Below the pieces are notes generated by a model. That model was given only the letters and a program-made list of their open reading frames with translations. It was not told the origin of the DNA and did not search any database. Of a DNA stretch of 64,000 bases, positions 12,762-25,512 are shown piece after piece (within the stretch, counting starts at the first letter, position 1; each line of letters begins with the position of its first letter). The stretch comes from Mizuhopecten yessoensis (lineage: Eukaryota). The position numbers were made by a program, and so were the translations under genes. The stretch covers positions 1,328,834 through 1,392,833 of the forward strand of contig NW_018406762.1 in assembly GCF_002113885.1 (NCBI RefSeq). Direction: 5' to 3'.

Positions 12762-14381
12762 TTACAGCCCCATCACGTGTACGGTACCGTCTCTACACCC
12801 GATCCACACGTTTCCACACTTGTCCACACCCACCGCTTTAGGTCTACTCACTCCATATTTCTGTTCCAGGAGACACGTGGCCTGTGTACTATCTCTCGGT
12901 AGGACATACACCTGGTTGTTAGTGTAGTCCGGTACAAACAGTCTGTCGTACTTGTCACGTGACATCTTACGGAATCCCCTACTACCGACCTTTTGACCGT
13001 TGTTGAGTTCACCAGTCCATTTATATTTGGTTGTACCAGAACTGTCTGTTATAATTGATACATTATCACAGTCCGACACTGCAATGTCTCCTGACGACAA
13101 ACATGTAATAAACCGCCCATCCATTCCACACGTCATCTTCCTCACAATCGTACCTGACTGATTCAGTATCACCATGTCTGGTGTAGTTGTAGTAACAAAC
13201 ACCTCGTCCATCTTGTTGATGCTGATGTCGTATGCGGCATGTGGTCTGATGTCAGCAAATGTTGTCACTTGTTTGTTGTGTAGTGATAGTTTATATACAA
13301 CTGTACTATCATGATAACTGGTCATAAGTATGTCTGTTGTCCCGTGCATGGTGATCATGTCCGGACAGAAGTCCAGTTGAACTGTCTCTTTAACCACACC
13401 CTCACTGTTGACCAGTACCATACCCTTGTATTTGTGTATTGATAACCAAGCGTTGCTGCCGTCGACTGGACATATACCGAGTATTGTATTTTGTTGAGTA
13501 ACAGTAAACTTAGAGAGACGCTGAACGTGTATACTGTCGATGTCTGTCTTCTCGTACTGGTTCCCGTGGTGTAATTCACCTAACATTTTCGTCAACAGGA
13601 CGCGGTTGATACTTCCGGTAATAAAGCTTGGATGTTTTGGTGAAACATGTTTCATATTAACGTCATACAGGGGCAGAGTTTTCCTCAATGACATTTCCGT
13701 TTCAAATATGGATACACTAGATGTATCCGTCACTTCCGTCTTTTCAAGCAGACGCGTCAGCTCTTCGACATTTTTCTCCGATCGTTGAATATCTTTCTTG
13801 TACAACAGTGATTCCTCTTTTTCTAAAGATGATAACTCGGCCAGCACTGCTTCCGCGATATAATCCACCTCTGCCTTTAACTTAGTCCTCTGTGAGTTTA
13901 CCTCTTTCCTCGTTGTATCAATGGTGTCTTTGAACGTTTTGTTCACGCGATGTCGCTCTGACGTCGCGTTATTGAAATTTGCTATTTTATCAGCTAACGT
14001 TGTCATATGTTCCTTAAAAAGTTCCATTTTGACAGACAGTTCGTCTTCAAAAGGTTTCCAGTTGTGCTGTTTATGATTTTTAGATAAACACATCGAACAA
14101 AGCAACAGGTTGCAGTCCGAGCAGAACATATCACACAGTTTACCGGGATGTAGTTTACATACCTCTGGTACAGGCTTGTCGCCCTGACGGTTAGCCTTCC
14201 CGATCGACACGACGTCATCGTTTTTAGTTTTCCTTCCGCGTGTATGGGTTTCCTTACACCGGACACATAAAATCTCCTGACAATCGTTACAGTACCATCT
14301 TACCCCGTCTTCACTGTCACACAAAGCACACGTGTAGGTAGCGGGTTCCTGGGCACGCCGTACGGACCTGTTACTTGCCAT
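12762..14381 (-). CDS. RING-less TRIM-like protein (B-box1, B-box2, coiled coil, NHL-type beta-propeller), copy 3, intact, 539 aa
   Basis: Single ORF with CxxC..CxxC...CxxCxxxH and CxxHP...CxxC...CxxC....HxxH B-boxes, a heptad-rich helical region, and blade motifs such as DKYDRLFVPDYTNNQVYVL and PKAVGVDKCGNVWIGCRDGTVHV. Confidence 0.92.
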   Translation of the reverse strand: MASNRSVRRAQEPATYTCALCDSEDGVRWYCNDCQEILCVRCKETHTRGRKTKNDDVVSIGKANRQGDKPVPEVCKLHPGKLCDMFCSDCNLLLCSMCLSKNHKQHNWKPFEDELSVKMELFKEHMTTLADKIANFNNATSERHRVNKTFKDTIDTTRKEVNSQRTKLKAEVDYIAEAVLAELSSLEKEESLLYKKDIQRSEKNVEELTRLLEKTEVTDTSSVSIFETEMSLRKTLPLYDVNMKHVSPKHPSFITGSINRVLLTKMLGELHHGNQYEKTDIDSIHVQRLSKFTVTQQNTILGICPVDGSNAWLSIHKYKGMVLVNSEGVVKETVQLDFCPDMITMHGTTDILMTSYHDSTVVYKLSLHNKQVTTFADIRPHAAYDISINKMDEVFVTTTTPDMVILNQSGTIVRKMTCGMDGRFITCLSSGDIAVSDCDNVSIITDSSGTTKYKWTGELNNGQKVGSRGFRKMSRDKYDRLFVPDYTNNQVYVLPRDSTQATCLLEQKYGVSRPKAVGVDKCGNVWIGCRDGTVHVMGL

Positions 14382-14464
14382 GATGTTGGTACTTTAGTGA
14401 GTTTAAAGGAATACTTTGCCTACAAACTGTGAAATGCCATCATTTTGATATGTCGTTACAACTT

Positions 14465-14505
14465 TATCTATACACTTCCTTGTTACGGTCATATCACGTG
14501 ACTTT
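14465..14505 (-). promoter_or_regulatory. Putative core promoter module of copy 3
   Basis: ETS-like CACTTCCT 14473-14480, E-box TCACGTGAC 14494-14502, adjacent TATA-like TATAGATAAA on the minus strand. Confidence 0.5.
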
Positions 14506-15094
14506 ACCGACAGACAGTATAAAGTCCCCGACTCCTGGCGCTAGGCCAAAAATAATCTAACTAAATGGCAGATCTTTCTATCATAACATCATAACCCTTT
14601 GGCCAAACATAATAACTATCGAAACAGAATGTTAAGTGTAGACTATGTGATGAAGTATACTATTTGCCTGTTTTTGTTAATTACTGTGTTTGATAACAGA
14701 CAGGTTATATAAATAGATATAAGCACCAGAAGGAAACATCTACAATTAAATTCAGTCTTTGGAGGACGAAGAAATTGTATGATGCACTGTAATATTATTT
14801 TTGGCATACTTTATGTATTACTTAATTTTAAAGGTGCATCAAATGTATTTGTGTTTTGTCATCGCTTTACCAAATTCATGTACATTAGATATAACGAGTT
14901 GGTCGCCGAAAAAACCCAGCCCGGTTATGATGCAGAAATGTCGCCAAATTCCCGTTAGCGCCATTTGACGTAACACACACAGTTTATGCACACGGATTCG
15001 TCACAAATGTCTGAAATTCACAAATGCTTTACTGATATGGATCACAGCACACCTAGCCACACCTAGTTAATGATCTAAGTATGCTGTTACCAAT

Positions 15095-17905
15095 ATCAGA
15101 ATAACCTATGTGAATTGCAGATATATGTGACGAACCCCTGTATGCTGTGAACCGTAGCAGTGTAGCCTATGTGAATAACAGAGATATGTGACGAACCCCT
15201 GTATGCTGTGAACCGTAGCAGTGTAGCCTACTGTAAAATGCTAAATTTTCGTGGGACATTAAATTCGGTTTATTTCGTGGATAACAAAAATCCACGAAAT
15301 TAAATCCACACGAAAACATACATTTGGTATGATATAGATAGGGGAAATCAGAAATCAGCGAAATTAAATGTCGAAATTTTAACCCCACGAAAATAAATGA
15401 TTCTACAGTGTGTCAATATCAGACATGTCTAACGAAATATTGTATTCTGTGACCAATACATGTAGCAGTGCAGCCTATGTGAATGTATGCTGTGACTAAT
15501 CGCAGTGTAGCATATGTGGTTTCGAGACATACGTATTGAACCCCTGTATGTTGTAACCCATAGCAGTGAAGCCTACGTGAATTACAAAATACGAAAAGAA
15601 CCCATGTATGCATTGACACATAGCATTGAGCTTGTGTAAATTACAGATATATGTAACGAACCCCTGTATGCTGTAACACATATCAGTGTATTCTATGTGA
15701 ATTACAGACATTTGTGAAAAAACCCTGTATGCTGTGATCCATAGCAGTGTAGCCTATGTGAATTATAGACATATTTGATAAATCCTTGTATGCTGTTACC
15801 AACAACAGTGTAGCCTATATGAATAACAGACATATGTGAACAACCCCTGAATGTTGTGACCCATAGCAGTGCAGCCTAATTGGATTTGTAAAGAACCCCT
15901 GTATGTTTGATCCATAGGAGTGTAGCCTATGTGAATTACAGAATACGAAAAGAACCCGTATGCAATGACACATAGCAGTGAGCTTGTGTGAATTACAGAT
16001 ATATGTAACGAACCCCTGTGTGCTGTATCCAAAAGCAGTGTAGCCTATGTAAATAACAGACATTTGTGAAAAATCCCTGTATGCTGTGACCCGTAGCAGT
16101 GTAGCCTATGTCACTATCAGACATATATAACGAACCCTTGTATGCTTTAACCAATAGCAGTGTAGTCTATATGAATAACAGACATATGTGAAAACCAGTG
16201 TATGCTGTGACGCGTAGCAGTGTAGCCTATGTCAATATCAGACATGTTCAACGAAATATTGTATTCGGTGATCCATAGCAGTGCAGCCTATATGAATATA
16301 TGCTGTGACCAATCGCAGTGTAGCCTATATGAATTACAGACTTACGAAAAGACCCCCTGTATGTTGTGACCCATAGCAGTGTAGCCTATGTGAATTACAG
16401 AAATATGTAACGAACCCTTGTATGCTGTGACCTATAGCACTGTAGCCTATGTGAATTACAGAAACATGTAACGAACCCTTGTATGCTATGACCCATAACA
16501 GTGTAGCCTATGTGAATTACAGAAATATTTGACGAACCCCTGTATGCAGTGACGCAGAGCAGTGTAACCTATGTGAATTACAAACATGTGTGACGAACCC
16601 CTGTATTCTGTGACCCATAGCAGTGTAGCCTATATGAATAACAGACATATGTGAACAACCCCTGCATGTTGTGACCCATAGCAGTGCAGCCTAATTGGAT
16701 TCCAGACATTTGTAAAGAACCCATGTATGCTTTAATCCATAGCAGTGTAGCCTGTGTGAATTACAGACATGTTTAACGAAATCTGGTATTTTGTGATCCA
16801 TAGCAGTGTAGCCTATGTGAATTACACAATAAGAAAAGAACCCCTGTTTGCAATGACACATAAACAAATGTAGCAATGTAGCCTGTGTGAATTACAGATA
16901 TATGTAACAAACCCGTGTATACTGTGACCCGTAGCAGTGTAGCCTTTGTCAATATCAGACATGTTTAACGAAATCTTGTATTCTCTGACCCATAGCAGTG
17001 CATCTTATATAAATGTATCATGTGACCGATCGCAGTGTAGTCTATATGAATGACAGACTTACGTAAAGAACCCCTGTATGTTGTGACTCAAAGCAGTGCA
17101 GCCTATTTGGATTCCAGACATTTGTAAAGAACCCTGTATGCTGTGATCCATAGTAGTGTAGCCTATGTGAATTACAGAATACGAAAAGATCCCCTGTATG
17201 CAATGACACATATCAGTGTAGCCTGTGTGAATTACAGACATGTTTCACGAAATCTGGTATTCTGTGATCCATAGCAATGTAGCCTATGTGAATAACAGAA
17301 TACGAAAAGAACCCCTGTATGCAATGACACATAGCAATGTAGCCTGTGTGAATTAAAGATATATGTAACAAACCCCTGTATGCTGTGATTCATAGCAGTG
17401 TAGCCTATGTGAATTACAGATATATGTGACGAACCCCTGTATGCTATGACCCGTAGCAGTGTAGCCTATAACAATATCAGACATGTTTAACGAAATCTTG
17501 TATTCTGTGACCCACAGCAGTGTAGCCTATGTGAATGTATGCTGTGACCGATCACAGTGCAGCCTAAATGGATTCCAGACATTTGTAAAGAACCCGTGTA
17601 TGCTTTGATCCATAGCGGTGTAGTCTATGTGAATTACAGATATATGTAACAAACCCCTGTATGCTGTGACCCGTAGCAGTGCAGCCTATTTGGATTCCAG
17701 ACATTTGTAAAGAACCCCTGTATGCTGTGATCCATAGCAGTGTAGCCTATGTGAATTATAGACATTTGTAAAGAACCCCTGCATGATGTTACCCATAGCA
17801 GTTCAGTCTATGTGAATTATTCAAATACGAAAATATCCCCTGTATGTTGTGACCCATAGCAGTGTAGCCTATGTGAACTACAGACACATGTAACAAACCT
17901 TTGTA
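15095..17905. repeat. 61-bp satellite-like tandem array, roughly 45 diverged units
   Basis: Consensus tatgtgaattacagacatatgtaacgaacccctgtatgctgtgacccatagcagtgtagcc; period 61 seen at 16381-16500; some shortened units. Confidence 0.95.
15231..15408. mobile_element. 178-bp MITE (CTGTA...TACAG, TA target) inserted in the satellite
   Basis: CTGTAAAATGCTAAATTTTCGTGGG versus reverse complement of the end CTGTAGAATCATTTATTTTCGTGGG; interrupts unit gccta|tgtcaatatc with TA/TG flanks. Confidence 0.85.
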
Positions 17906-18864
17906 CTCAATACAATGGTACGGATGCTTGTTGATTTTCACTATCTGTCCCACTTTTCACTAAAGACCCGTGATATCACACAGTTGTTATGAATTGTGTT
18001 CATCTACTTAGTTTCAGATAGATAAAATACTACTGCATCCAATATACCCCTGTTTGTAACAAAATCATGCATATATATATATAGTCAATGAAAAAACAAA
18101 GAACGTTTCTGGTTTGTAGAGTTTGTTGGATGTCAGCTTAATGTATCATGTTGTTTAAGCATAACTAGTCATTTGTTTGAAACTAAGAAATGTGTTTCCT
18201 TATCTTGATATTAGTTCATGCATTTGACGCTTTTTGGCATATTTGCTCTCAATTGTTTGATTGAGACGAACAAATTATACTGAAGTCTTTTGCAAATGTT
18301 AAATTATGTGTTTCTGGATATTTCAGAGATAAAAGTCATTGATAAAAATGACTATTCGCAATTTCTCAACTTAAACATTTCAGGAAATATTATGTTATTG
18401 CAATATATTGATATAATTGCAGGAAATTACCGGAGGAGGGAACGGAACTTGCACACCCATGCCCCTCCAGACACCCTTACTTTAAAATCACTGAAGTGTT
18501 TTGAATTGGACCCTTAACTTTCAACCCAAATACAACATCTTTTTGTAATACATATGTATATTTGTGTCATCGTGTAATTACTGTTACTTGTGACTCAATC
18601 CTATTTGTGTTTGTGTGACAGGTAATCGATATGACGCAACTTTACAAAGAAAACGTACCGCCACGGTCGGAGAACACACTCACAAATCATGGTGGTAGCT
18701 GTGTACGCTGACTCTGTCAGAGATGACAGGGTACTACACATATGATCCTTTCCTCCAGGATGTCAGGAGCGGATAGTCAGGATACTCGATTGTTTCATAA
18801 TATAAAACTTCATTTATATAACACTAAGCATAAAACAAGTTATTAAAACTCATATTTAACTCTT

Positions 18865-19030
18865 GTTTTACCTGATGTTTCACTTTGGAAGGAAACTGGA
18901 GTACCTGGAGAAAACACACATGGTGAGGCAGGTGAGTCAATACCTTCCCACGTCCGATTGCGGAATCAAAACCGACCGCTTTAGTTAAAGAAGAAGAGTG
19001 TATTATATACTGCACCACCCGACCACCCGA
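18865..19030 (-). mobile_element. tRNA-derived V-SINE
   Basis: Minus strand has an A-box-like GGTGGTGCAGT, a B-box-like GGTTTTGATTCC and the V-domain core TTTTCTCCAGGTACTCCAGTTTCCTTCC. Confidence 0.7.
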
Positions 19031-19067
19031 TGTTTCCATGATTTAAGGATTTAGGGCGAACGTCATA

Positions 19068-19412
19068 ATAATAATATAATAATATACAGCATTTATATAG
19101 CGCCCTATATAATTTGTAAAATTACTCTAAGGCGCTTTACAACATATGGATAATAGTACTCCGACCGCAGTGATCTTGACGGCTGATACAGGGTAACAAG
19201 TTCCTGTAGGTACCGAGGAGCTGTTCCATTCAGTGCCTTGTATGTGTATACCAGAATTTTGTACTGCGACCTGTATCGTACAGGTAACCAGTGCAACGAA
19301 TAAACCGCAGGTGTGATGTGCTCTCTCTTTCGAGTACGAGTAACTAGACGTGCTGCAGTGTTCTGAACCCTCTGCAGACGACTAGTTAGTTTGTCAGATA
19401 TACCACAGAATA
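19068..19412 (-). mobile_element. 5'-truncated L2-clade LINE fragment
   Basis: LQRVQNTAARLVTRTRKREHITPAVYSLHWLPVRYRSQYKILVYTYKALNGTAPRYLQEL is the typical L2 ORF2 C-terminus; gcgctatataaatgc 3' end with (ATT)n tail; TCATA duplicated at 19063-19067 and 19413-19417; absent from paralogous units. Confidence 0.9.
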
Positions 19413-22400
19413 TCATACACAATTATAGTATGAGATGGCCATGGTATACACACCAATCCTCTGTATCAGTTTTATCAGCTCGTTCCACGAAAAATACCAA
19501 TGTGGCATCACCTAAATGAGAGGTCATATAATAAATAGACAATACAATTAGAAGAGAGGCAGGAGAAAATCTGTTGTCACATTGTGGTCTATATTGGCCC
19601 ATACAAAACTTAATCGTATCTTATGTAGGCAATCACACTTTCAAAGTAGTCCCGGTTTTGTTTCCCAATATCCTCTGTCAAATATCACAGTGTTAGTAAA
19701 AATATTGCTTCTCACATATAGCATTTTCTCCATTTTTCAACACTTTCACATCAATTTTAATTCAGACACTTTTATATCAAAAACAATCTTCAGAGCAGGA
19801 CAAAACATTCCAATCAAATAAAAAGAAATTGTTTCGACTTCCGTCAAGTTTCTTTGTTTACTTTCCTGCATCATTACTGAACCTTCGTGCCAAATATCAG
19901 CGCCGCAGTACCACATTTTGCAGGTTATTTAAGTATTGAACTAGCACGCCTCAGTGAAATGACTACGAATACCAACTGAAGACCGTTCAATACTTATATT
20001 TACTATTTAATTTATTTTTAAATTTCCAACCTTTTATTTATCAAGATTCCACATTTAGTACAAATAGGCGTATTATCGGTAATGCTTGTGTACAGAGAAA
20101 GCAGCTGTCTTCAAGGGAACATGAAATAATAATTGATAATAGTTAGAGAATGTTTAGAATTTCATTGTGATATTTTCCAAAAAGTCCTTATGAAGCATTA
20201 AGAATTTATACCGTGAGATGTCTTCATTTCTTAATCGTAAAGGAAAACGTTAAAACACATAAAAGAAAGTAAAAAAAAATATTGAAAGAAAAATCTTAAA
20301 TAAGGTCCAGTAAAGAAACACTTTGATAGGTGATGGGTCATGGTAACAACACCAAGTCCTCTGTAACAATATTTTAAATAGGAAAGATGTCAGTCAGTAG
20401 ATACATAGCCCTAGCTATTAACGTTATAGGTACAGGTAAATAGGAAGGATGTCATAGTCAGTAGATACATAGCCCTAGTTATTAACGTTATTGGTACAGG
20501 GGACTCAATCCCAAGAGAGATGAAACGAGAAAAACGAGAAGACAAAGGAAACTGTTTTTTTGAATATCCATCCATGGTCGTAATAATCCCCACATAGAAA
20601 CTCGCATGTACCATCTCCACATGGTACTGGTCAACCAATTACTTTTTCTATCATTTTTTTTTTGTATTTAGATTGCGTCATCATTTTTTTACTATTGCGA
20701 AGACGTTATCAGTTTGTGTTTACTATTGTTATGACGTCACCAAATATCACTTACTCCTCCTTAAGTCTCATGTAATTGTTCAGATCATATAACGTTTCCG
20801 ACGTGTTAACGTCCGTCATCGTTCATCGAAAAATACCATTGTGACATCACCTAAATGAGACGTCATATAATAGACAATACAATTAGAAGAGAGGCAGGAG
20901 GAATTATGTTGTCACATTGTTTTCTATATTGGTAATCAAACTTGCTAAGTAGCCTTTGCTTTGTTTCCCAATATCCCCTATTTCCAAATATCATAGTGTT
21001 GATAGAAATATTGATTTTCATATGCTATTTTTTTTTTTAATTGTTCAACACTTTCACATTAATTTTAATTTAGACATTTTTATATTAAAATTAAACTTCA
21101 AAACATGACAAAACATCCCAAACAATTAAAGAGAAACTATCCCTCCTTCCGTCGTGTTTCTTTGTTGACTTCCCTATATCAATGTTGAACCCCCAGGCCA
21201 AATATCAGCGTCGCAGTACCACAGTGTTTAGTTTGAAGGTTATTTAAGTATTGAACTAGCACGCCTCATTGACATGACTACGAATGTCAACTGAAGGTCG
21301 TTCAATACTTACATTAAACATTTCAAAAGATATTTCAATCTCCAACCATTAATTGGTCAAGATTCCACATTTATTACAAATAGGCGTATTATCGGATATG
21401 CTTGTGTACAGAGTACAGCAGCTGTCTTCAAGGGAACATAAAGAAATGATTAGATTTTTTTTATAAAATGTTTCAAATTTGGTCTTTTCTGAAAATTCCT
21501 AATGAAGCAATTAAAAGTTGCATCGTTATATGTGATTAAAGAAGATTTATTTCTAAAAAGTATAAGTAAACATTAAAATACATAAGAAAAATGTAAAAAA
21601 ATTATGAAGAAAAATGGTAGGTGTATTTCTTATAAGTTTGGAAAATAAATTGCATGCCATACAAAATCATGATAACTTTGCGCAAACAACTTGTAGATAG
21701 AGCTGTAGTCCTTTAACAATGATTTTTATCGATATCGATTTTTTTTTCATACTTTATTGCATGTTTATTGTACACCCTCAGGACCGTGTATGTTATAAGA
21801 TGTATATATTTACACAAATCAATATCCCATATACATGTAATACTTTCACACACTCTATTTTTACTCTTTCCAAATTTTTATACGTTAAATCAAGCCTTGT
21901 TTTGGCACATTTTCTCATACAAAGATACGTATTTGTAAACCTATAACCATTTGGATGTATTTGGTAACAAGAAGGTAGATTGTATTCTAGTTGAGAGTTC
22001 CGAATGTGTGAGAGTATATAGAACTATGTGATAATGTTTCCACTTAAATTTGAGTGTCTTTTAAAATAAAAACAGACCGCTTTATAGGATTATAAGGACA
22101 TGTTATTGTGGAGAATCAAACTGATATCACGACGATATTTAATACAGCGTAGTACATTCATGTATTCACCTGTACATGGAACTTAACGCTTCAAATATTG
22201 ATTTACAATACGTCTGTCATGACCCGAACAACTCTGGAATGAAAAAAAGGGGCGAAACAAAACACACTCAAAAAACTTTCAGTCAAAACAATACTTAATT
22301 CGTTGATCAGATTAATGATCTTTGTCGGTTAAACAATCTAATGACTTGTGTCTGTCCGATTACGGAGGTCATTAAACACAATTAAGGTCACAGTCTCTAC

Positions 22401-22504
22401 AATTTGATTCGATATTTGAGGATGTTTTATACCTCATACATCGGTTTATCATTGTGAACTTATATCTACACACTAGATATTGTTGTACCACGAGGTTCCT
22501 CATG

Positions 22505-22790
22505 TTACAGTCCCAAGACTGGGACGGTACCGTCGCGACAATCGATCCACACGTGTCCACACCCACTCTTTCAGGGGTAACCAATCCGTGTCTCTGGTAA
22601 AGGACATACACCTGGTTGTTCCTCTAGTCTCGTACTTGTCACATGATGTATTATGGCTACTCCTACTACGAACCTTTTGACGATTGTTGAGTTCACCAGT
22701 CGATTTATATTTAGTTGTACTTGAACTGTGTGCTATGATTGATATATTATATCATGCCGACATTGCAACCTCTCATGACAATAAACATGC
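22505..22790 (-). pseudogene. 3'-end remnant of TRIM-NHL gene (R2)
   Basis: VYVLYQRHGLVTPERVGVDTCG; DNA homology to the last ~330 bp of the CDS and part of the 3' flank, with indels. Confidence 0.8.
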
Positions 22791-24524
22791 AGCAAAATAC
22801 ACATTTGTTTTAAACGAAAAGTTCAAATAGGTATCATTCATTTATATTGTTAAAGTAAAATGCCTCATCAAACAAAAGAAAATTGCTCCATTTTGGCTAT
22901 TCTCACACAACTTAAACAAATGGACCTTTTACAAACAAGTATGCCATTGACTAACCGGTTATTCGGTCAATTTTGTTATCAAACAATAAACAACGACAAT
23001 ACGTTATATGTTTAACAAGTGTTCTATTTAAAACGTATTTACACCACATCGTACATTTATATATTAAATATCATGATAATTTAATCGCGTATTTAAGCTA
23101 AACCCAGGAAATAATTACATGTAATCACATTTAGTATATTTCATGGACAACAAATGTCGGGATACAGTAAGGCGGGATTCAATTAGTTATCAGTACTATA
23201 AATCATATGTGGTAATATCGTTCTTTTCTACAAAGTTTGATCGACAAACATTTTAATACATGCTTGCTCATTCAAGTGTGAACTCGTCATATTATATTTA
23301 TATCTCGCATCTAAAAGTGCGTGCTACATGTACCTTTAAAGTTTATATTTCACAACTGTGTATTCTGGCTTCCTTTTAAAATCTGTCCGGTTTTCCTTTG
23401 GCGCTGGCGTGATTTCTTTGTTAATCTTTACAATAAAGTGAAAGTGAAAAAAAACCCACTTACAAGTCAGAAAATTTGTAGGTCCAAGCTGAATATGGGG
23501 CTCCCCAAAGGGGTAAATAAATGTCCGACTATTCGGTTATTGATTATTGTAACCAGTTCGTGGTCTTCCAACCAAGTAACCGGCTAACCGTTGGCAACCC
23601 TTTCCAAATTACAATGTCATTTTCGTCCATATGTCTGTATGCATGTCTGTAATGTTTGTTTTGCGAAAGACAGCCTTGATATGTGATTAAGTACGGCTTT
23701 GCTTTATGGTTTCTTCATAAACATGGATTTTCCCTTGTAATTATATACACAAATTCGTTATTTTTTTTCAGATATTCTAGTATATCATGGGAGTCTTAAT
23801 TACACAAAAACCTTTTCATGAACACATCAATAATAAGATTCATTTCTCGTAGAGAGCTTTAGAGCATCGACTTGATTTTAACAATTTTACTGTTACAAAT
23901 TATATAGCAAAGACTGAACAATTATAGTAACCTCAAAAACCCTCTCTTATTCTAGATACACAACGGGGTTTGATACCCGTCATTTAGAAATAATTAAAAA
24001 AATAACACGAAGTCGAGTTGATGTTTGAAAGAATTTGAAAGCGAAGAGTGAAGGCTGAGTGAAGTGTTGTCCAAAAATATTAAAGTTTGCCCTAATCTAA
24101 AAATTACGCAACACGAATTGTCTCACGGCTTTGGGTGTTAATATATGTAGAAAGGATAGAACATCGTAGAACGATCGTGCGTTCTATAACACTTAAACGG
24201 AACAAAAGACAATAACATTTGCTTTGAAATTCACTTAAACTAAGAGAATTTTCGATTCCCCACATCATTGCTCCCACTCCCCCCGACCCTTCCATCAAAT
24301 ATTTAACCAGCTTAGGATAGAAGATGGCGCATTGATACACATGTGAGATATTTAGTGGATTTCACAAAAAGAAGTAGGAAGCATTATGTTTTGAATAAAT
24401 AGGACAGGAAAGGAAAATAAGATAAAATTGAAATAAAATCATGAAAAATGAACACTGATATACGAACTGAACATTAAGAAATACCTTTATATATAGTACA
24501 GATGAAGCAAGCCGATTGATGTTA

Positions 24525-24658
24525 TAGCTTCGAGTTACTTCCCTGTCTACGTAGGAATCTCTTATTTTATAGCTTCGAGTTACTTTCCTGTCTACGTAGG
24601 AATCTCTTATTTTATAGCTTCGATTTACTTACCTGTCTACGTAGGAATCTCTTATTTT
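24525..24658. repeat. 45-bp minisatellite, 3 copies
   Basis: Same unit as 11216-11928. Confidence 0.9.
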
Positions 24659-25512
24659 CATAGACTTTTCGTCCCATAACTTGGACTCCAATTTCGGTGC
24701 CATTATCTTGGATGGAAGTATTAGCGTAGTGGAATATTTCATTTAAAAGCAAATATTTACATCAGTAACAGTGGTAATAATGGAATTTAACTAATTGCTA
24801 CCCTCAAATAAATAACAAACAATACAAAGACACAGCAGTAATACAAATAAACAGACTTTATTTAGAGTTTCAACTTTAATTGTGTTTTCTACATGAATAG
24901 AAAATAAGAAATAATGTACAAATATAATACCATTTAATAGTATGTAATTAGATGTTTGTATTATTTGGAAACGAACTTTTCGAGTTACAAAACTTAATGG
25001 AGATAATTTCATGCAGCACACTCTTAAATATTGATAGTGTTTTTCTGTCTGATTCTTTCTCTCTCTCTCCCTTCTCTTTAACTACCTCTTCATGTGTGCA
25101 TATGATTAATTACGTGGCGCAAAAATGTCTTCAAGAAAGATTTCATCATTGTACAAATTGAAATAATATTTTAACTTTATTGTATTGAATCTTTACCTTA
25201 ACATGACATGAAATATTTCAAAATAAATTCTTGAAAACTAAGTAAATAAATAAAACGAAACCTTCAGTGCAGCTCACTAGTTAATTCGTCGATCAGTCCC
25301 ATGGTCAGGCATTGTCGGTTCAAAAACCTTCTGACTTTAAAATGTTTTTCACAGATATCATTAACACCAATTGATCAATTGTTCGAATGTCTTTACAAAA
25401 TGAATCGATATTTTAGATATTTGTCAGACATTGATGATTGTTTGTGATGATATTTACAAAATGTAGTATTGTACCACGAGGTAAAGTGTTCATCATGTAC
25501 TCTTTCTTCGTG

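Noticed and set aside
12762-14381. Gene symbol TRIM71/TRIM2/TRIM3/brat
   Set aside because: No RING or filamin domain and a lineage-specific expansion; orthology cannot be supported from sequence alone.
15095-17905. CRISPR-like regular repeats
   Set aside because: Units are contiguous diverged tandem copies with no unique spacers, no cas genes, and the context is eukaryotic.
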